This document shows positions 16,957 to 21,706 of a stretch of DNA of 21,706 nucleotides, in pieces. The stretch lies in contig JBQTGV010000122.1 of the NCBI GenBank assembly GCA_052390515.1, positions 1 to 21,706 of the forward strand, given 5' to 3'. Under the pieces are notes generated by a model. The model worked only from the letters and a program-made list of their open reading frames with translations, made no database searches and was not told the origin of the DNA. This stretch comes from Candidatus Eiseniibacteriota bacterium (lineage in GTDB: Bacteria > ARS69). The position numbers and the translations under genes are program-made. Position 1 is the stretch's first letter. Each line of letters begins with the position of its first letter.

Positions 16957-18261
16957 ATGATTCGGCAGTCGTGGCGCTTGCTGGTGTTCTGCGCGGCATT
17001 CGCGGCAGTGCTCTCGGGGTGCAGGCAGGACGCGGTCGAGCGGATCGCGCCGCACCCCGAGCGCATCGTTCAGGTCCTGCCGCCGCCTCCTCCACCCACG
17101 GACCGCCGCGAGGTGGAGATCCGCCGCGGCGAGCCGCTGGACGGTGCGATGCACCGGCTCGGGCTGTCGGCCGCGGAGCGATGGGTGGTGGGAGCGGCCT
17201 TCGGGGAGAAGGTCGATCTGCGCCGCGTGCTTCCCGGCGAGCGCCTCGAAGTCCAGCGGGATGCTTCGGGCCGCCTCGTTCGAGCAGCGTTGCACCGCGA
17301 CGAGCTGCAGAAGGTGGAGATGGAGCTTCCGGAGAGCGGACCCCCGGCGGTCGCCGTGGTGCGTCACGAGCCGGAGGTGCAGGTCCGCTGCGTCGTGGGC
17401 GAGCTGCACGGAAGCCTCTACGAATCCGTCCTCGCGGAGGGAGGAGACGCCGACCTGGTCAACCGCTTCGCCGACATCCTCTCCTGGCAGGTGGACTTCG
17501 TCACCGAGCCCCGAGAGGGCGACCGCTTCCGCATCCTCGCGGAGCGACGCTCCTTCGAAGGCAAGGACCTGGGATTCGGCGAGATCCTGGCCGCGGAGTA
17601 CGACGGAGACTGCGTCGAGGGGCGCGCCGTGCGCTGGTCCGGCGAGTCCGAGAAGGCGGGCTGGTACGACGATCGCGGGGAGTCCGTGCATCGCGCCTTT
17701 CTCAAGTCCCCTCTGAACTACTCGCGCATCAGCTCGGGCTTCTCTCGAGCCCGCCGGCACCCGGTCCTCAAGAAGGTCATGCCGCACTGGGGAGTTGACT
17801 ACGCCGCACCTCGGGGCACTCCGGTGAGCGCTCTCGGCGACGGAACGGTCGAGTTCGCGGGGATGAACCGCGGACTGGGCAATTACGTCGAGGTGCGGCA
17901 CAACTCGACCTACACGACGTGCTATGGCCACCTCGATCGCATCGCCAAGGGCGTCCGGCGCGGCGCGCGGGTGGAGCAAGGCCAGGTGATCGGAACCGTC
18001 GGCTCGACGGGTCTCTCCACCGGGCCGCATCTCGACTTCCGAGTGAAGCGGGGCGGTAGCTTCATCGATCCGCTGCGGCTCGAGTCCCCTCCGGGTCGCG
18101 CGCTTCTCGCCGAGGAGCAGGAGCGCTTCGCCCGTTGGCGGGACCGCGTATGGGTCCTCGCCGACCGGATCGAGCCCGGCGAAGAGCTCGCCTGGGACGA
18201 GGCGTGGGCCCGGGTACCGCCCGACGGAGCGCCTCGGGAGTTGCTGGCCCTCGCGCCCTGA
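16957..18261 (+). CDS. M23-family metallopeptidase lipoprotein (MepM/Csd3-like peptidoglycan endopeptidase)
   Basis: Lipobox VLSGC. FLKSPLNYSRISSGF, RRHPVL, HWGVDYAAP (HxxxD), YGHL and STGPHLDF. ATG 16957 with AGGGGA upstream; alternative start 16927. Confidence 0.9.
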   Translation: MIRQSWRLLVFCAAFAAVLSGCRQDAVERIAPHPERIVQVLPPPPPPTDRREVEIRRGEPLDGAMHRLGLSAAERWVVGAAFGEKVDLRRVLPGERLEVQRDASGRLVRAALHRDELQKVEMELPESGPPAVAVVRHEPEVQVRCVVGELHGSLYESVLAEGGDADLVNRFADILSWQVDFVTEPREGDRFRILAERRSFEGKDLGFGEILAAEYDGDCVEGRAVRWSGESEKAGWYDDRGESVHRAFLKSPLNYSRISSGFSRARRHPVLKKVMPHWGVDYAAPRGTPVSALGDGTVEFAGMNRGLGNYVEVRHNSTYTTCYGHLDRIAKGVRRGARVEQGQVIGTVGSTGLSTGPHLDFRVKRGGSFIDPLRLESPPGRALLAEEQERFARWRDRVWVLADRIEPGEELAWDEAWARVPPDGAPRELLALAP

Positions 18262-18346
18262 GGCGGCGACGTGGTTGACATCGCGCCTCGCCCCTTCGAA
18301 CATGATTGGGTACGTGCGGTCGCCCCTCTTTCCGTGGAGGTCTGGC

Positions 18347-18646
18347 ATGCTTCGCCGAAGCTGGGTGTTCGCCCTCGCCCTCGCGCTCTCGTTCGCCGTC
18401 GGTCACCTCACGGGCGGCCGTGACGCCGCCGTCCCCGCCGTTCCCGGGGTGACGCCCGCCTGGGCCGGCGACCCGATGTCGATCGACGACCACGCCACGT
18501 TCGTCAGTACCGACGGGGGGAACGCCTACCTCTGGCGCCGGGACGGGGACCGGCTCGTCCTCGTGAGCCACTGCATGCGCATGGAAGTCGGTGCCGAGGG
18601 TCAGGCGACCTACGTCTCCCTCCCCGGGGTCGAGCGCGGCTCCTGA
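18347..18646 (+). CDS. Small hypothetical exported protein (99 aa)
   Basis: GGAGG RBS 6 nt before the ATG. Basic + hydrophobic N-terminus MLRRSWVFALALALSFAVG. GC-biased codons. Confidence 0.7.
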   Translation: MLRRSWVFALALALSFAVGHLTGGRDAAVPAVPGVTPAWAGDPMSIDDHATFVSTDGGNAYLWRRDGDRLVLVSHCMRMEVGAEGQATYVSLPGVERGS

Positions 18647-18672
18647 AGCTTCCGGTCAAGGAGCGCCCGAGC

Positions 18673-18954
18673 ATGGACGAATCCTGGAACAGGTTCTGGG
18701 ACAGCCTGATCGGCGACTGGGTCGCTATCCTCGTCCTGGCCTTCGGGATCCAGGGCTTGTGGTTCGGCCTGGTCCGGGTCGTCGCCGGACCGGGAACGGA
18801 CACGGGGGGCCTGCTCGGGCGAATCTCCGAGCTGTTCTTCGTCCCCTTCCGGGAGGGCCTGCCGAGCGCGGGGGGCGCCGCGGTCGTTCTCGGCCTCCTC
18901 TGGGCGGTAAAAAGGGCCTTGGACGCCCGATCGGAGTTTCCGGGGCGGCGTTGA
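18673..18954 (+). CDS. Small hypothetical membrane protein (93 aa, about two TM helices)
   Basis: AAGGAG RBS. Hydrophobic segments WVAILVLAFGIQGLWFGLV and AGGAAVVLGLLWAV. Confidence 0.65.
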   Translation: MDESWNRFWDSLIGDWVAILVLAFGIQGLWFGLVRVVAGPGTDTGGLLGRISELFFVPFREGLPSAGGAAVVLGLLWAVKRALDARSEFPGRR

Positions 18955-18979
18955 CGTTCGTCGCCACTGGTTCTAAACT
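18951..18979 (+). promoter_or_regulatory. Sigma70-type promoter for the small secreted peptide gene and probably the downstream activator
   Basis: TTGACG (18951-18956), 17-nt spacer, TAAACT (18974-18979): near-consensus in a very GC-rich background. Confidence 0.7.
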
Positions 18980-19063
18980 GAACTCGTCCGGGAGCTGTGA
19001 ACCAAGTTCCTGGGCACCGCCCTTCTTCGCGGGGGGCGGGGCGCTGTGCGCAGGGAGATCCGA

Positions 19064-19339
19064 ATGCCGAAGCAGTTGCGGAATCTCATCGCTGTGTTCG
19101 CCCTGCTCGCGTCGGCGGGCGTTGCGGCGGCCGGACCCGGGCAAGGGTCGGGTCGTCCGGGTGGAGACGGAGACCCCGACGGTCCCATGGTGATCCAGCC
19201 GATTACGGCGGTGAACCAGCCGACCGCAGATCGGAAGAGCGCGGCGTTGACCGACGGGGCGGAGGTCCGAGCGAAGCAGGGCTGGTGGATGAAGTCGCTG
19301 AGAGCGTACCTCAAGCTCTCTCGGTGGTTCTCCATCTAG
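19064..19339 (+). CDS. Small secreted protein (91 aa), candidate signalling-peptide precursor
   Basis: AGGGAG RBS before ATG 19064. Sec-type signal MPKQLRNLIAVFALLASAGVAAA, then GPGQGSGRPGGDGDPDGP, a polar linker and the tail GWWMKSLRAYLKLSRWFSI. Confidence 0.75.
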   Translation: MPKQLRNLIAVFALLASAGVAAAGPGQGSGRPGGDGDPDGPMVIQPITAVNQPTADRKSAALTDGAEVRAKQGWWMKSLRAYLKLSRWFSI

Positions 19340-19450
19340 TCCGTTCCCTCAGGGCTCGCCTGGATCCGTTCGTCCGCCGTCGCGCCCCGACAGCGGGGTG
19401 GTGCGCCGGCCGAGGTGAAGCGGATTCACAGGCGGCAGAGGTGTGAAGGG

Positions 19451-21706
19451 ATGAGAGGTCCTCACGAAGAGCCGCACGTCGGGAAGACTCCCGGTGGAGC
19501 GGACCACGACGTGAAGCCCCTGTCCGGACAGGGCGAGGATCTCTCGTTGCTCGAGCAGCTGGCCAGCTTCAGCCAGAGCGCCGGAGAGTTCACGTCGGCG
19601 ATGGAGTATTACGAGCAGATCCTGCGCATCGCCGAGCGCGCGCGGCAATCACCCGATCTCGTCGCCAAAGTCCTCCGCCAGATGGCCATGTGTCAGTGCC
19701 AGACCGGCGACTACACCCGCGCCCTCGGGCTCTTCGATTCGGCGCTCGCGCATCTCGAGGACGGTGGTGAAGAGCTCGAACGGTGCTCCATCGAGAATGA
19801 GCGCGCCTTCGCGCTGCTGAGTCTGGGCCGCTACGAGGAAGCGGAAGTCGCGGTGAGACGTGTCACCGAGCGGATCGTGGATCCCCGCGCCGCCGGAGAG
19901 CTCGCCCGCGCGCAGAAGAGCTTCGGTGTGATCGCCATGCGGCGGGGCGACTGGGACGCTGCGAGCCGCTCCTTCGAGGCGGCGCTCGCCGGGTTCCGGA
20001 TGATCTCCGATCGCGCGGGTTCGGCGCAGTGCCTCAACAATCTCGGCCTGATGGAGAAGAACCGTGGCAACCTCGAAGCGGCGGTGAAGTATCTGCGCGA
20101 GGCGCTCGGACACTTCGAGGACCTCGGCGACACGCCGCACATCGGGATGGGTCTCTACAACCTGGGCCTCGTCGAGTTCAAGATGGGACTGTGGGAGGAC
20201 GCGCACGCGCACTTCCAGCGTTCCGTGCGCCTGCTCGAGAGCATCGGCAACCGCTGGGAAGTCTCGCGGGTCCTCCTGAACCTGGGGAACTACTACCGGC
20301 ACAAGCGAGACTGGGACCAGGCGCAGGCCCACTACGACCGTGCCCGGCTGCTGATCGAGGAGCTCGGGGAGGCGCGTGAGCGCGTGCTGGTGGACGAGCT
20401 GCAGGGAGATCTGGCGCTCGCCTCCGAGCTGTACGAGGACGCCCGCAAGCTGTACCGCGCGGCGCTGGAGGGTGGGCAGCAGCTCGCTCCCCAGGGCGAC
20501 CTGGTCCTCGAGGCGCGCCGCCGGCTCGCCGACCTCGAGTCGCGCGTCGGCCGGATCGTCGAGGCCAAGCAGCATCTTGCGGAGGGGTTCGCCCTGTCGG
20601 AACGGCTCGACGAACCGATCGAGCGAGGCGCCTTGCTCCGAGTCCAGGCCCGTATCGAGTCGGCGGACGGCGACGTGGCGACGGCCGTGGAGACCTACCG
20701 AGCCGCGCTGCGGCTGCACGAGGCCTGCGGCGCGCCGTTCGAGCTCGCTCTGACGCGCCTGGAGTTCGCGACGTTCTGCATCGAGAACATCATCGAGCTC
20801 GACGACGCCGCGGCGCACCTGGAGCAGGCTCGCCGCACGTTCGAGCGCATCGGCGCCCAGTACGAGGCCGGCCATGCGTATCTGCTGGCCGCCAAGCTGG
20901 AGATGGTCTGCGATCATCCGACCGGCGACGCGCGTCACCACCTCGAGTCCGCGATCGAGCTGCTCGAGCGCATCGGCAGCGAGGACGACCGTGAGGCGCT
21001 GCGCGAGGTCCATCGCGATATCGATCGCTTGCTGGAGGAGACGTCGCTGTCCGAGCGCAACGACCTTGCTGCGCTGAACGAGGCCGTAGCTCGCATCCGG
21101 GCGGCGGAGGAACCCGAGGACAAGGTACGCATGATCGAGAGGACGCTCGAGGAACGGATGAACGCCGATCATGCCGGACTGCTGCTGAGCGCCGCGGGCG
21201 ATGGCTTCGTAGCGGCTCCCGGAAGCTCCCTCGCGGCCGGTGCGGCCACGCGTGCGGCGAAGCTCATCGGACGGCTCCGTGGCGAAGGCCCGCTCGCGCC
21301 GAAGCCGCTCGTGTCCACGTCGCCGGCGCGGGATCCCCGTCTCACCGGTTTCGACCGCGGTGTGCTCGATGGTCTGGGTTCCGTCGCGTTCATGCCGCTG
21401 TGCTCGGACGGGGAGGTTGTCGGCGGTCTCTACGTCGACCTGCAGCTCGATGCGGGCTACTTCCACCAGCCCGAGCTGGATTTCCTCGTGGCCTTCGCCA
21501 CGACCGCGACGATGGCCGTCCAGGAAATGCGGCTCGAGGCGGTCCGCGTCGAGAATCAGCGGCTCCGCCGCCGGGTGGCCAGCCGGGCCGGATTCGAAGG
21601 GATCGTCACCCAGAGCCGCCGGATGCTGGACATTCTCGATCTCGTGGAGAGGCTGCGGGACAGCCGCGCGACGATCCTGTTCCAGGGCGAGACCGGCACC
21701 GGCAAG
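19451..21706 (+). CDS. TPR-array + GAF + sigma54-interacting AAA+ enhancer-binding protein (3'-truncated by window end)
   Basis: Absent from the ORF track because there is no stop in the window. Manual translation from ATG 19451 is open for 752 codons: many TPR helices (CLNNLGLMEKNRGNLEAAVKYL, LYNLGLVEFKMGLWEDA, LLNLGNYYRHKRDWDQA), a GAF-like SVAFMPL..DGEVVGGLYVD...FHQPELDFLVAFA, a coiled linker ENQRLRRRV, then FEGIVTQSRRM...ATILFQGETGTGK (Walker A of NtrC-type proteins). Alternative GTG start at 19511. Confidence 0.9.
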   Translation, partial: MRGPHEEPHVGKTPGGADHDVKPLSGQGEDLSLLEQLASFSQSAGEFTSAMEYYEQILRIAERARQSPDLVAKVLRQMAMCQCQTGDYTRALGLFDSALAHLEDGGEELERCSIENERAFALLSLGRYEEAEVAVRRVTERIVDPRAAGELARAQKSFGVIAMRRGDWDAASRSFEAALAGFRMISDRAGSAQCLNNLGLMEKNRGNLEAAVKYLREALGHFEDLGDTPHIGMGLYNLGLVEFKMGLWEDAHAHFQRSVRLLESIGNRWEVSRVLLNLGNYYRHKRDWDQAQAHYDRARLLIEELGEARERVLVDELQGDLALASELYEDARKLYRAALEGGQQLAPQGDLVLEARRRLADLESRVGRIVEAKQHLAEGFALSERLDEPIERGALLRVQARIESADGDVATAVETYRAALRLHEACGAPFELALTRLEFATFCIENIIELDDAAAHLEQARRTFERIGAQYEAGHAYLLAAKLEMVCDHPTGDARHHLESAIELLERIGSEDDREALREVHRDIDRLLEETSLSERNDLAALNEAVARIRAAEEPEDKVRMIERTLEERMNADHAGLLLSAAGDGFVAAPGSSLAAGAATRAAKLIGRLRGEGPLAPKPLVSTSPARDPRLTGFDRGVLDGLGSVAFMPLCSDGEVVGGLYVDLQLDAGYFHQPELDFLVAFATTATMAVQEMRLEAVRVENQRLRRRVASRAGFEGIVTQSRRMLDILDLVERLRDSRATILFQGETGTGK

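Noticed and set aside
18999-19009. GAAC-CAA-GTTC as a LexA (SOS) box
   Set aside because: The spacer is 3 nt rather than the 4 nt of the GAAC-N4-GTTC box, and there is no repair-gene context.
19064-19339. RiPP precursor interpretation of the small ORF
   Set aside because: No modifying enzyme, peptidase or transporter is adjacent within the window, and the N-terminus is a Sec-type signal. It cannot be fully excluded without the downstream sequence.
18260-19450. Sigma54 -24/-12 promoter near the peptide/activator genes (e.g. TGGCATGC at 18343, GGGCAC at 19012)
   Set aside because: Neither has the TTGC/GC element at the required GG-N10-GC spacing. The activator's targets are probably outside the window.
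19649-21466. 605-aa minus-strand ORF in the track
   Set aside because: It is the antisense shadow of the plus-strand TPR-GAF-AAA+ gene, which has recognisable motifs and normal codon bias.

Overview
Gene-dense, very GC-rich bacterial chromosomal segment. I saw no rRNA, tRNA, CRISPR array or mobile element. The left and middle parts are mostly metabolic: a secreted hypothetical protein, a cN-II-type HAD 5'-nucleotidase, an XRE regulator, rpiA, a TPR protein, two stand-alone PTS EIIA domains, a YtcJ-like amidohydrolase, hutH, NADP-type icd, a PP2C phosphatase, a TPR/TM protein coupled to a ~1000-aa FG-GAP/ASPIC protein with a FlgD-Ig-like C-terminal domain, a thiolase, a DUF62/SAM-halogenase-family protein and an M23 peptidase lipoprotein. 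The FlgD-Ig-like tail suggests, by inference only, an FCB-group lineage such as Eisenbacteria/Latescibacterota relatives. The most interesting element is at the right end. A near-consensus sigma70-type promoter drives a 91-aa secreted precursor (signal peptide, Gly-rich GDGDPDGP segment, aromatic/basic tail). It is followed by a large gene missing from the ORF track because it runs off the window, encoding a TPR-array + GAF + sigma54 AAA+ enhancer-binding protein. This layout resembles a peptide-signal/TPR-receptor (RRNPP-like) communication system wired to sigma54. Other points: a His->Asp change in the DUF62 catalytic triad, a probable XRE operator, and a motif shared by two intergenic regions. 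All calls come from reading motifs by eye; no searches were run.
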